A DNA stretch of 54,933 nt from Prorocentrum cordatum. Lineage: Eukaryota. A model generated the notes under the pieces. The model had not been told where the DNA came from and did no database searches. It saw only the letters and a list, made by a program, of their open reading frames with translations. Each line of letters opens with the position of its first letter. The stretch's first letter is position 1. Shown here piece by piece: positions 12,335-24,539 of this stretch. The stretch is taken from positions 62,001-116,933 of the forward strand of contig CAUYUJ010000198.1 in the NCBI GenBank assembly GCA_963575745.1, written 5' to 3'. The position numbers and the translations under genes are program-made.

Positions 12335-12441
12335 CGTCGCGGGGCCGCCGTCGTCGCCGTCATCGTCGGCGTCGTTGCCGTCGCCGTCGCGAGGCCGCCG
12401 TCGTACCCGTCGTAGTCGGCGTCGTTGTCGTGGTGGTGGTT

Positions 12442-12479
<38 letters not shown>

Positions 12480-12488
12480 CGTCGTCGT
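12335..12488. repeat. (GTC)n/(GTCGTG)n simple repeat
   Basis: Directly visible. Confidence 0.9.
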
Positions 12489-14279
12489 TGGTTGTGGGCA
12501 CCGAAGGACTGACCCGTGGACTCCGTCCACGAAATCTGCACGAACTGGCATCTGATGGAGGGGGCCGACCTCGCACTCCGCGCATGCTACTGCGTGCTGC
12601 TGCTTGCTGTCGCTTTTGCGTACTATTGGTAGTGCTTGAGGCCGCTGCTGCTTGTTCTTGCTGCTTATGGCTGCAGATTGTTGCTGATGGCCAGTTCCCT
12701 TCTACCCGCTGTCTGCCGCTGCTTGCTGCTGCTGCTGCTGTGTGCCGCCGCTGCTGCTGCTGCCTGCTTCGTGCCCACGGAAGAGACCGATGCTGCCCCA
12801 AGGCGCTCGGAATGTCGCACGGTGGACTGTGCATGGGCATGGGGGCTCACTGTGGACGCGCAGGGAGCCACGTACTTTGGGGCGCCGTCTCCGCGCCCCT
12901 CTGAGATCAGACTGTGTTGGGAACTGTGCTCCCTGGAGGCCTCTAGTGTATCTCGCCTCACTTGGGCGGCAGCGGCGAAGGGCGCCCTGGAGCTGGGAGG
13001 CAATAGTAAAGGGAAGTAGCGTCCATGTGTCTGTCCATTGGTCGGCGATCTTTCGCTCGCGCCCGCACCCACGGAGGAGGGCAAGGCTCCCTATTCGGCC
13101 ACTGATGGTGGGCGCTTCCTTCTCCTTGGGAACCGTTTGGGGGCCTCTCGTGGTTTCTTCTCAGCCTTCTAGGGCTTTTTGGGGGCCCCTTTGGACTGTC
13201 CTGCGGCCTCCTGGGGGCCTCTTGGGGCCCTCTTGGGTACCCCTTGGGCTGTCTTGAGGCCGTCTGAGGCCGTCTTGGATGCCTCTGGGGCCGGCTTGGG
13301 ACCGTCTTGGGACCGTCTTGAGCCGTCTTTGGCCGCTCTTGGGGCTGCCTTTGGTGAATCTTGCGCCGTCGTGGACGCCTCAGGAGCGGTCCTGGGGCCG
13401 TCTTGGGCCGTCCTAGGGCCGTCTTGGGCCGTCTTGGGGCCCTCATGGGGCGCTCCTGAAGCGTCCTGGGGCGGTCTTGGGGGCGTGAATTGTTCTCTTG
13501 GACGCTTTGAAGACGAAAAGCGTGGGAATTGCGAAAATTTGCTCCCGCTAAGGATTGGGGCGATTTTTGCTAGTGCGGGCACTCTCGGGGCTTTTCTTGG
13601 AGCCCACTTGGAGCGTTTTGGGAGCCTCTTGGGCCATCTGGTGGCTATCTTGGGCGTCTGCGAGCGCTTTTGGGTGTGGGGCCGCTCTTGGGGGGCCCCG
13701 GGGTCGTCTCGGGGCCGTCTGGGGGCCCTCTGTTGGGCCCCCAGGTCGCCAGCGCGCCTCCAGGGTAGCTCCACAATGACCGCCCGCCGGCCTAGAGTCG
13801 GCGGGAACGATTCTGGGCCACTGCGCCGCCGGCCCAGAATCGGCGGGACCGATTCAGGGCCACCGCGCCGCCGGCCCAGAATCCCGCCCGACGCGCCCTG
13901 GACGGCAGCGCGCGCTTCTGGGGTCGGCCGAGGCGGTTCTGGGCCACCAGACGAGCGAAACACGCCATGGCCCCAAGAGGCCGCGGAGAGGGCTCCAGAC
14001 CAACAAAAAGGCTAGGAATTTCGGGCCACATCCGGCAGGGAGCGCCAAACAAGCATCAGAGCCCCATGGTGCGCTGGGAGCCGTTTTGGGACCGTTTGTT
14101 GCCGTCTTAGACTATCTTTGGCTGCTGTTGATGCTGCCTTCGGTGCTTCGTGGGCCTTGATCTTGGGGCCTCTGGGGGTCGCTTAGGAGCCTCTCAGCGC
14201 TTCTTTTCGGTCTCATGGAAACCTCCTGGGATCCTCTTGGGCTGTCTCGGGTGCCTCTTGGGCCGTGTGGTGGCGATCC

Positions 14280-15890
14280 GGGACCGAATGGGGGCTGCCT
14301 GGGGCCGTCTTGGGCGTCTCTGGAGCAGTCTGGGCACCGCGGATGGGTCGTCTAGGGCCGTCCTGGGCCGCTCTTGAGGCTGTCTTGGGTACCTTGTGGG
14401 CCGCCAGGGGCGCCTCAGGAGCCGTCCTGGGGCCATCTTAGGCCTGTGCACGGCTGTCTTGGACGCTATGAAGCGGGCAAGGGCAAGCCCAGGAACTGCC
14501 AAAATGTATGGTTTTCTCAAGGGATGGGGCGATTTTTCGGCGTTCGGGCTCTCTTGGGGCTCGTCGTGGAGCCCACGTGGAGTGTTTTGGAAGCCTCTTG
14601 GGCCGTCAAAAGGCTGTCTGAAGCGTCGTCGGGGCCGTCTGGGGGTTGCCTGGGGCCGCCTTGGGCGTCTCTGGAGCAGTCTGGGCACCGTCTGGGGGTC
14701 GTCTTGGGCCGTCCTGGGCTGCCCTAGAGGCTGTCTTGGGTACCCTGTGGGCCGCCAGGGGCGCCTCATGAATTGTCCTGGGGCCATCTTGGGACCCTGT
14801 ACTGCCGTCTTGGACGCTATGAAGCGGGCAAGCCCAGGAACTGCCAAAATGTACGTTTTTCCATGGGAATTGGGGGATGTTTCTGTGTTCGGGCTCTCTT
14901 GGGGCTCGTCGTGGAGCCCACTTGGAGCGTTTTGGAAGCCTCTTGAGCCGTCTGAAGGCCGTCTGAGGCGTTGTAGGGGCTGTCTGGGGGTTGCCAGGGA
15001 CTGACTTGGGCGTCTCTGGAGCAGTCTGGGCTGGGCACCGTCTGGGGGTCGTCTTGGGCCAGGGGCGCCTCAGGAGCCGTCCTGGGGCCATCTTGGGCCC
15101 CTGCACGGCCGCCTTGGACGCTATGAAGAGGGCACCCAGGAACTGCCACAATGTCTGTTTTCCCTTAACGGAATGCGGGGATTTTTCGGTGTTCGGGCTC
15201 TCTTGGGGCTCGTCTTGGAGCCCACGTGGAGCGTTTTGGAAGCCTCTTGGGCCGTCTGAAGGCCGTCTGAGGCGTTGTCGAGGGGTTGCCTGGGGCCGCC
15301 TTGGGCGTCTCTGGGGCAGTCTGGGCACCGTCTGGGGGTCGTCTTGGGCCAGGGGCGCCTCAGGAGCCGTCCTGGGGCCATCTTGGGCAACTGCACGGCC
15401 GTCTTGGACGCTATGAAGCGGGCAAGGGCAAGCCCAGGAACTGCCAAAATGCACGTTTTCTACAAGGAATGGGAAGATTTTTCGGCGTTCGGGCTCTCTT
15501 GGGGCTCGTCGTGGAGCCCACGTGGAGCGTTTTGGAAGCCTCTTGGGCCGTCTGAAAGCTGTCTGAAGCGTTGTCGGGGCCGTCTAGGGGTTGCCTGGGG
15601 CCGCCTTGGGCGTCTCTGGAGCAGTCTGGGCACCGTCTGGGGGTCGTCTTGGGCCGTCCTGGGCTGCTCTAGAGGATGTCTTGGGTACCCTGTGGGCCGC
15701 CAGGGGCGCCTCATGAATTGTCCTGGAGCTATCTTGGGACCCTGCACGGCCGTCTTGGACACTATGAAGAGGGCAAGCCCGGGAACTGCCAGCATGTACG
15801 TTTTTTCCTAAGGGAATGGGAGGATTTTTCTGTGTTCGGGCTCTCTTGGGGCTCGTCGTGGAGCCCACTTGCAGCGTTTTGGAAGCCTCT
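14280..15890. repeat. Tandem array of about 5 units of 290-351 bp
   Basis: Anchor GGAC(G/A)CTATGAAG at 14461, 14812, 15116, 15406 and 15757. Confidence 0.9.
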
Positions 15891-16071
15891 TGGACCTTCT
15901 TCGGCCGTCTGGGGGCCCTCCCTCTTGGGGGCCTCCTGGTGCGTCTCGGAACGCTCGTGGGCCATCCTGGAAGCGCGCCGAGGCCTGCTGGGGCTCGCAA
16001 GGGCCGCCGGAGGGAGCCGGTCCGCTGCCACCGATCGGCACCCCCGCGAGCGCTGGTCCGTCCATCTTGGG

Positions 16072-16101
16072 CTAGGGCTGACCCGCGGCCTTCCCGCCGC
16101 A
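16072..16101 (-). mobile_element. Helitron-like 3' terminus, GC-stem subfamily
   Basis: GCGGC-GGGAAG-GCCGC GGGTCAGCC CTAG, followed by the PPR-like QDGRTSARGGADRWQRTGSL. Confidence 0.55.
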
Positions 16102-17372
16102 GAATCTGCCTGCCATGGTGTGGACTCCGCACTGGGGCCGCTCAGGCGCCCGGTGCACGGGAGGATCAACGATAGGACGCTGGAGTAAGTGTCCATTTGG
16201 TTTACTTGGGGAGAAACTGTCCATTTGGTTTACTTGGGCTGTGCGTTAGGAGCCTTCTCGGGGTGCCTGGACACGCTTTGGGCCTTCTTCAGGGCATGCT
16301 CGGGACATCTCTGTGGCTCCTATCAGCTTTGGGGCCATTTGGGGCGCCCTCCTCGTCCTCCCCTGGATCCTTCATCCCGTCGATCTTTCGGTGTGTCTGG
16401 ACCCTCTTGGGGCCTCCTTCGGGTCATGCTCGGGACATCTCGGTGGCTTTTATCGGCTTTTGGGGCCATTTTGGGCGTCCTTGTCCTGCTCCTCCCCGCG
16501 ATCCTTTACCCCGTCGATCTTCGATCGTCAATCGTCGACGCTCCCCAAGAGACAAGCATCCAAGGCCTCTTGGGGGCCGTGTGGGGGCCTCTTTTCGTCC
16601 TCCTGGGGGTCTCTCGGGGCCATCTTGGGCCGCCTGGAGTGCCTCTTGGGCCATCTTGGGCCATGTGGAGCCGTCTGGGGCGCCTCTCGGGCCATCTTGG
16701 TGCCGTCTAGGGGCCACCTTTAGAAGCAATGTTGAGGCTACATGCCTCTTGGGGGCCGTTTGGGTGCTTCTTTTCGGCCTCCTGAAAATCACTTGGGCCC
16801 CTGTTGGGCCGTCTTGGGTGCCTTTTGGGCCGTCTTGGGGCCATCTGGGGGCGTCTTGGGCGCCTCTGGGGCCGTCTTGGGGCCGTCTTCGGTCATTATT
16901 GGCTGCTCTTGGGGCTGCCTTGGGTGCGTCTTGGGCGCCTCTGGAGCCGCCCCGGGGCCGTGTGGGGCAATTTTGGGCCCCCCTGCGGGGCTCAAGGCGC
17001 ATCTTGAGGCGAGCTGGGGGGCCTGTATAGCCGCCTTGGACGCTGTGAGGACGAAAAAAACGGAACATTATGAAAATGCGCGTTTCCCAAAGGGAATGGG
17101 ACAATTTTGGCTTCTTGGGTCCCTCCTGGAGGCCCTCCTGGGCCGTCTTGGGAGCCTTCTGGCCTGCCTTGGGGGCCTGTGGCTGTCTCGAAGCTCCCAG
17201 GGGTGCTCTGAGACCGTCTTGGCGCCTCCTCGAGCCTCTCGGAGTTGTCCCGAGGCTGTCTGAAGCCGTTCTTGGGGCAGATGGACCCCCCACTGAGCCG
17301 TTTTGGGGTCGGAACCAACGGTCAAGATAGAGACCCTTCTCGCACGCAAAGGTCGCTGCATTGGAGAAGAGA

Positions 17373-17401
17373 GTAGGGCTGACCCGCGGCCTCAGGCCGC
17401 A
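17373..17401 (-). mobile_element. Helitron-like 3' terminus, GC-stem subfamily (CTAC variant)
   Basis: GCGGCC-TGA-GGCCGC GGGTCAGCC CTAC|TCTC TTC TCC AAT GCA GCG ACC TTT GCG TGC GAG AAG GGT. Confidence 0.6.
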
Positions 17402-19780
17402 GAATGTGCCTGCCACGGTGTGGGCTCCGCACTGGGGCCGCTCAGGCGCCCGGCGCACGGGAGGATCGACGATAGGACGCTGGAGTAACTGTCCGTTTGG
17501 TTTACTTGGGAAGTACCTGTCCATTTGGTTTACTTGGGTTGTGCGTTAGGAGCCTTCTTGGGGTGCCTGGACACTCTTTGGGCCTTCTTCGGGGCATGCT
17601 CGGGACATCTCTGTGGCTCCTATCGGCTTTTGGGCCATTTGGGATGCCCTCCTCGTCCTCCCCTGGATCCTTCATCCCGTCGATCTTCGTCAGGAGCCGT
17701 CTCCGTTTGTCTGGACCCTCTTGGGGCCTCCTTCGGGTCATGCTCGGGACATCTCTGTGGCTTCTATGGCCTTTGGGGGCTATTTTGGGCGTCCTCCTCC
17801 TGCTCTTCCCCTCGATCCTTCATCCCGTGTCTATCTTCGATCGTCAGTCGTCGCCGCTCCCCAAGAGACAAGTATCCAAGGCCTCTTGGGGGCCGTGCGG
17901 GGGCTTCTTTTCGTCCTCCTGGGGGTCTCTCGGGGCCCTCTTGGGCCGTCTTGGGTGCCTCTTGGCCCGTCTGGGGCCTTCCTTGGGCGCCTCTGGGGCG
18001 CCTCTAGGGCGGCCTTGAGACCGTCTTCGGGCTGTCTTGGGGCGCTCTTGGAGCTGTCCTGGATGCTTCTGGGGCCGTCATGGGCGACTCAAGAGCCGTC
18101 CTGGGGACGTCATGGGTCGTCTTGGGGCCTTGAAGTCCTCGGCCCGCCCGGCGGGGCCTGATGCCCTAGCACCAGTGTTTGTTTTCGTCGCGGACAGGCT
18201 TCCCATGGTGCCCTGTGATGCGGTGCACTGCCGTCTGGAGACTTTGAGCACTTCGGATTTCGCGCGTTGCGCGCGCGAAATCAGCACTGCGTGGAAAGAG
18301 GCTGCACTGCGTATGCGCGTCTGCCCTGCGAGGCACTCCAGTGTCCTGCGGCCAGAGCCGGGATGCCGCTGCAGAAAGACGGGCGGCGCAGAGGACGTGA
18401 AGGGCCGCGGGGGAACCATCGAGAGAAAGGGCTCGTCAGACAAGCTCCGAGACGGCAACGCCGTGTGACTGAATTCCCAGTTGCGCGGCGCGTCTTCTAT
18501 TTGCGCGCGAGGGTGCACGTCCTCGCCGAGGTCGCGCGGCGTGGCGGGCTCAGACACTGAGCCCCCCATCGGCCAGCCCCTCGCGCGAGCCGCGGGAACT
18601 CCGCCGATCACACGGCGTCACCTTCCCGCCGCAAATCTGCTCGCTCGGCGCAGTTCTCGGGGCGAGCGCACGTCGTGCTCGGGCACTGCGACCGGGCGCG
18701 CCGAGGTGGCCGCGCGCCTCTCGCGATCTTGAGACGGCGACAGCACTGCAGCTCGCGCGTGGGAGCGCTCGCCTCACAGGGGCGCCAGCTCGAGCGGTGC
18801 CTCGAGGAGCAGACGCAACCCTCAAAAGCTGGCCTGTGTTTGCTTCGACGTCTAAATGCGTGTCCTGGCGAGTCCACAGGGGCGCCGACGCCAGTGCTCG
18901 GCGCGCTTGCGAAGCTGGCGGACTCCAGCGCGGGCGCCTTCAGGAAGCTGGCTGCTCTCCAGAAATGCCCACACTGCCCCCCCACCACCCGAGACGCGTT
19001 GAGCGTGGACCTGCGCTGCGCGCCAGATGCTGATGCGATGGCTTTTCGCCCATGGGTTCCCCGCTCGCAGTGCCCAAACACATGGACTTGACAGCGGGGT
19101 GGGTCCGAGAAAGATGGCGTTGCGGAGCATGCTCGTGCGGCGGCCATTTTGGCGGGATGAGATGGTTCGCGCGTTGATCGAGCTGTTTGCATGCATTCTT
19201 GAAAACCCGCGCATGCATGGGCTGATTCTTGCCGGGGCCTCTAGGATACAGTGGCCCGGTATACACATATAGAACGCACATCCATGCGCAAAATCTTGCT
19301 CGGATGTCTACAGACGGAAATCCACCGATGTCCTGGCGCGTCTCGGGCGACGCGATCACGGAGAGATTCCACTGGACTGGGCCGTGCATCTGTTTGTCCG
19401 AGGGTGGGGGGGGGGGCCAGGGGGAAGGCGCCCTCGATCCCGATGTCCTTCGGGGCCTTTCGGTAGGTCCTCTCTCTGCTTTCCGAAATGAGGAAGGGTA
19501 GCTTGGCGCGCGGCAGGGGGCTGGTCGGCTGCGTCGCGGGCTCGCAGCTGCCGAGAGAGAACATGCATTAGGCGCAGCGCGCTTCGAGCACCCCAATGCC
19601 GCGGACACTAGATCACATCATGATCCACTAGGTGCGCATATTGTAAGCGCGTTGGGCAGCTTGGCTTTGAAGTACTGTAATGTTTAGGCTAGTCTCGCAT
19701 GCTGTCTGCAACGCGTACTACTCGCGCTGCGTGTAATCGTAGCTTGTGTCTGGAATCTGCGTGGAAAGATGCTGCCCTCC

Positions 19781-20932
19781 TCAGCGCAGTATGCAACCTT
19801 CAGTAGAGGCGTGTTCGCGCAGGTCTTGCCGCTCTGGCAATAAGTGCCTGGCGCAGCTCAAACATGCATACTTGTCGGATGTTTGGCGGGCTGAGATTTC
19901 CACTCGACCAGAATTGTTCGAGCCTCTGCTGTGCGCGTACACGTGCCTCGAAGTGAAAAACGCTTGCGCGGTTGTCATGCATTGAAAACGTAGCGGCCGA
20001 CAAATCTGCGTCCCCAGGTTGTGGAAGTCAAATCGTGAACCTTTCCCTGCCCCAAAAAACCAGCCGCAATTCTCGACCTCGCCGATGTCATGGATCTGAT
20101 CTTGTACGTGTCGTTGTGTAAGGAGGAGCTTGCTCTTGCCGTGTGCCATGATCACTGTGAAATCAGCTATGGCTGCGTAGAGTCGTCCTCGCATCTAGCC
20201 GTTGTACCGAAGAAAAAACTGAAGGCCCCCCCTCGCTCACATGACCGTTGGCGCGGCATTTGGGACATTCTCGAAGCCTTGTCGTTTGTCCTTTCCGCGC
20301 ATGCCCATATCCAGTTTGCGTAGGAGGTCGGGAAACATGGCGTGCCAATGCTATGTAACCTCTGCTGGGCGATGTGGTACCCAGGAAACGGGTTATATAA
20401 CAAAACTCCGCGGCGCAATTTTCTCAAATCTGATATCAGGGTCGACCTCGGTGATTTCCCGGTGCACAGGAAAGTCGCTTAAACGTGCTCGCGGTACCGG
20501 AATACTTCCCGCAACTACAGCACATTGTTGCAGCGTCTTCTTGTCGTACTTTGGCCAATCTGCCAAGTCGGGGTATGCATCGAGAATGTTGCGTAAAGGA
20601 GCGCGTGGTCCTTGTGCCTGGCATGCTTTGCGATGCACGCTCGGAAGATTCGCTGGACGAAGAAGGCCATGCGCTCAGAGCATCCTTCACCATAAAATAT
20701 TGCCATATGCAGGGTAAGCTGTGCTGCTCGTAGGAGAACTCGAATTCATGATTTCCATCTGTGCTATGTAGGTGTCAAGCTGCTTGCAGGGGACCGATCG
20801 ACCAGGTAACCAAACATTGGAGATCGCTGGGAGATTGACACGCGGAAAGCCATGTCCCATGGCAACAGAAGGCGTCGTACGTTGCACCAACATAATGACC
20901 ACTGCTACGGTCGCAGACCGAAGCGCCAACAT
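19781..20932 (-). pseudogene. Decayed unidentified coding sequence within a lower-GC, non-repetitive island
   Basis: Track ORFs 20687-20932, 20393-20638 and 19781-20194 share one frame and are separated only by isolated stops. The text is protein-like (RNILDAYPDLADWPKYDKK...HAMFPDLLRKLDMG...DIGEVENCGWFFGAGKG), but I do not recognise the family. Confidence 0.4.
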
Positions 20933-21829
20933 TTGCTCTCATGGGAGATCTGGATCATGCTTTCGTCGACGTCCTGGCCGGGTATGGTCTCAAGACATAC
21001 AGGTGTACTCGTTCGAACACATATTTCTCACAGGCGTGCTCGTGGAAATCTGGTACTCTGGAGACGTCAGGGTCTGGGTAGACTGCCACTGATCGGAGAA
21101 TGAAGCTGTCCAAATATTCAGAGTGCTGAGAGAGAAGACAATGAAACTGCAACAATAATGAAGACATGTATGGCCTAGCGGGGATCACACCGTGAAGACC
21201 TGACGGTGGTCCTCAATGTGGGATCTTTGTTTTTACTTATCTACCAAGTGAATTCTGCTGGTCAAAGCAATTCTTTATATGGGCCTTGGGATTCCACTCG
21301 GACGCATTTCGCCCTCGGCGCTCGCACAGCTGAGCCAGAACAGCGACAGACGTTGATTAGGCAACGTACTCCGTAGCTGTCATCCAAAACTAATATGGCA
21401 GCTGAGGCGATCATACATAGACCTGGGGCTGATGCCACGAGCATTGTGAATACACTTATGAACGATACGCCATGTAAGGTACTGCTGACTGAAAGGGATA
21501 TTGCATCGGCAATGGAAGGTGTGGGGATAAGGTAAGGCGAGTACAGATCTTCGAAGACGACGACAAGTGTTGGTACTGCTGCTGCTGCAGCTGCTTGCTG
21601 CTGCTGCTTGATGCGGCAGGGCGTCAACTCTTGCTGCTCCTGCTGGTTGGCGCAACCTGCTGCTCGTGAGAGGATCGAGGAACGAGGAGCCAGGATCGAG
21701 AAGGGAAGAAAAGAGTGCGTGGGGCCGCGTGAGGCTCCCCGAGGACCCCACAGAGCCGTCTGGGAAGCGCTGGAGGCGTTTCTCATGCTCTTCGGACAGT
21801 CGGAGGGCTCATTCATTGTAGAACAGGTG

Positions 21830-22037
21830 CTGTTGGGCTCAAGCTTCGCCTCCCACATCTCATGGAGCAGCGCCAGCGACCACTGCCAGTGCATGACCTT
21901 CTCGCACGCGCTTATCCCGGCACTGCAACTGATGACGTTGAGTTCCAGCTTAACCTTCCGCATCTCACTGAGCAGCGCCAGCGCACGCTGCCACTGCCCA
22001 CCCTTCTCGCACGCGCTGATGCCGGCGTTGTAGCTGA
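21830..22037 (-). pseudogene. PPR fragment, 2 motifs
   Basis: SYNAGISACEKGGQWQRALALLSEMRKVKLELNVISCSAGISACEKVMHWQWSLALLHEMWEAKLEPN. Confidence 0.9.
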
Positions 22038-22066
22038 CTAGGGCAGACCTGTGGACTCCGTCCACG
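22038..22066 (-). mobile_element. Helitron-like 3' terminus (hairpin + CTAG|T)
   Basis: CGTGGAC-GGA-GTCCACA GGTCTGCC CTAG|TCAGCTACAAC. Confidence 0.68.
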
Positions 22067-22137
22067 ACATCAGCTCGACGTGGCGAGGGGTGTCTGGGCA
22101 AGCGCGGGGGGGTGCGGCTGCAGGGCCGAAAGGCAAT

Positions 22138-23108
22138 CATTGTTCTTGTGTGCCTTCGATATGCCGGTCGCCTCTCGTCCGCTCCCCCCCTCCTGGAAGC
22201 AATTCTGAGGCCACTTAGGGCTTCGTGGGGGCCGTTTGGGGATCTCTTGGGGCGTTTTTGCCTGCGATATGCCTGTCGCCTCTCGTCCGCTCCCCCGCTC
22301 CTGGAGGGAATTCTGAAGCCACTGAAGGCTTCGTGGGGGCCGTTTCGGAGCCTCTTCGGCCTTCTTTTGGGCCTCCCGGGGGGGCTCTTAGGGCCCTCTC
22401 GGGCCGTCTTGGGTGCCTCTTGGGCCGTCTTGGGGCCGTCTGAGGCCCGCCTCGGCGCCTCTTGGGCTGTCTTGGGCCGTCTTGGGCCGCTCCTGGGGCC
22501 GTCTTGGGTGCCTCTTGGGCCGTCTTGGGCGCCTCCTGGGCCGTCCTGGGGCCGTCCTGGGGCGTCTTGGGACCGTCTTGGGGCCCTCCTGGCCCGTCTT
22601 GGGGCTCTCTTGGGGTCCTCTTCGGCCGTCTTGGAGCGGTCGGGGGGACTTCTTGGGCCGTCTTGGAGCGTCGGGAAGCCGAAGAGGCGAGGAGGCCGAA
22701 AACATCGAAAAACACAATAGAAATCGACGATTTCTGTCGCTCGGGGCCCTCTTGGGAGGCCTCTTGGGAGACCTCTTCGGGCGTCTTGGACGCCTCTTGG
22801 GCCGTCTGGGGCGAATCTCGGGCGTCTTGGGCCCATCTTTAAGCGTGCCGGGGCTCTCCGGGGCCGTCTTGGGGGCTTCTGGGGGCCCTCTCGACATGTC
22901 CTGGAGCCTGCCTGGGCGGCCCGGGGCGGCCCGGGGCCAGCCCGGGGCGGTTTCGGTGCATTGGGGCCTGCGCCGTTCTGGCACGCACTGGGCCCTGCAA
23001 TGTAGTAGAGACTAGGGCTGACCCGTGGACTCCGTCCACGACATCTTTCTGGAATGGTTCTCGAAGGAACGGCGCAGATTGTACCGAAAATCTACAAACA
23101 CGGCGGCG
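22138..23108. repeat. ~970-bp dispersed duplication, copy 2
   Basis: Matches 11301-12268. Confidence 0.9.
23012..23040 (-). mobile_element. Helitron-like 3' terminus at a head-to-tail CTAG|TC junction
   Basis: CGTGGAC-GGA-GTCCACG GGTCAGCC CTAG|TCTC TAC TAC ATT GCA GGG. Confidence 0.7.
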
Positions 23109-24539
23109 TCTTGGGCCCATCTTGGGGCGTCCCGGAGCCCTCTGGGGCCGTCTTGGGGGCCTCTTGGCGCGTCTTGGGCCTATCTTGGGGCGTCCCGGGG
23201 CCCTCTGGGGCCGTCTTGGGGGGCCGTCTTGGGCTGTCTTGGGGCGTCTTGGGACCGTCTGGGGGCCCTCTTGGCCCGTCTTGAGGCCCTCTTGCGGGCC
23301 TCGTCGGTGGTCTTGGAGCGGTCTTGGGGACCTCTTGGGCCGTCTTGGAGCGCAGGGACGGCGAAAAGGGGAGAATGCGAAAAACATCGAAAAGCACAAT
23401 GGAAATCGACGATTTCTCCCGCTCGGGGCCCTGCTGGGAAGCCTCTTGGGAGGCCTCTTGGGGCATTTTGGCCGCCTCTGGGGCCGTCTTGGCCCAAGCT
23501 TCGGCGTCTTGGGCCCATCTTGGGGCGTCCCGGAGCCTTCTGGGGCCGTCTTGGGGGCCTCTTGAGGCCCTCTTGGCGCGTCTTGGGCCCATCTTGGGGC
23601 GTCCCGGGGCCCTCTGGGGCCGTCTTGGGGGCCTCTGGGGGCCCTCTTGGCGTGTCTTGGGCCTGCTACGCCATTTGACCAGAATCGCCCTTCTCGCACG
23701 CGCGGGGCCCTGCATTGTAGTAGACGTTGTGGGGGGCAGTGCTTGTACGGTGCGCCTGCGACACAGAAGGAAACAGTTCTTCTGCTCGCATCACTCATCG
23801 AGTGTGGACGAACGGCGATGACGTCGGCCGCATCCTGGGAGAAAAATTGCGGGGGAAGCAGAGGAAGTCTTCGCCGTGGTCGTGGCCTGGAGGGCCGTCG
23901 TTGTCCAGCAGAGGGCTCGGAGGTCTTGGGATCCCACGGGCTCGGAAAGCCTCGGCAGCCACGGCGCCAGGAACGCAGGTGACTGGACCACCGGCGGAGG
24001 CCCGAGAGGACGCCAGCAGGAGACCAGGACCACTTGCAGGGGCGGCACCAGTGGACTCAGGACGGCCTCGAGTGGTGACCACAGGACTCGAAGGTGGCGC
24101 CGAGATGCTCTCAGGATGGCTCCAAGATGACCTCCGCGTGACCCGAACACGGCGGTCGTTGGGGTCCCCAAGCATGTTCCCGAGCCAGATGCCACGGTGT
24201 ATGAGTTCCCTAGGGACCGCCCACTGGGTCCGAGATGCCGCGAGTGTTGCTTGGGGGGACCAACGCGTGTCCGGGAGCGAGACGCCCCAGCATTCTGCGC
24301 CGCGGGGATGTGAGGATCCTGTCCAAGAGCTCCCGGGCCGGTCTCGGAGCCTGTTAGGTTTCTGCTCGGGTTCGTCTGAGTCTAGTGAGGTCCTTTGAAA
24401 AAAGGCTTCAAGATGCGTGACGCCCAGGGAGAGGAGCCTTGAACATAGATGGCCCAGATGGCCTCGCGGCCTCCTGGCAAGGTTTTGAAATACCGCTCTC
24501 GGCCAGTTGGCTCGTGCAGCTGTCTGGGTCCTCCCGGAG

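Larger units (their letters stand above)
16072..17960. repeat. Tandem duplication with ~1.3-kb period, delimited by the hairpin-CTAG motif
   Basis: 16074-16630 is similar to 17375-17950; both begin at the terminal motif. Confidence 0.8.

Noticed and set aside
12504..12531. Perfect consensus hairpin lacking CTAG (ends GTCCTTCGG)
   Set aside because: Not counted as a terminus because it has no CTRR and no PPR downstream; probably a mutated or bypassed end.
18143..18169. Plus-strand small hairpin + CCCTAG at the edge of the unique island
   Set aside because: It is a 5-bp GC stem in GC-rich DNA, is not followed by T or PPR, and is a single instance in this orientation.
19143..19153. GCCATTTTGGC partial SL match on the plus strand
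   Set aside because: It lacks both the CCGTA start and the TCAAG end, and no convincing ORF follows.
21262..22836. 524-aa ORF and similar long ORFs (9666-10457, 26531-27718, 30603-31616, 32027-33628, 45004-46032)
   Set aside because: They read through stop-poor GC-rich satellite and are open in several frames on both strands; only the embedded PPR pieces are protein-like.
23795..24440. Non-satellite stretch with a 276-aa minus ORF, and a short coding-like patch at 28330-28470
   Set aside because: No recognisable motif or consistent frame, so I cannot support either as a gene.
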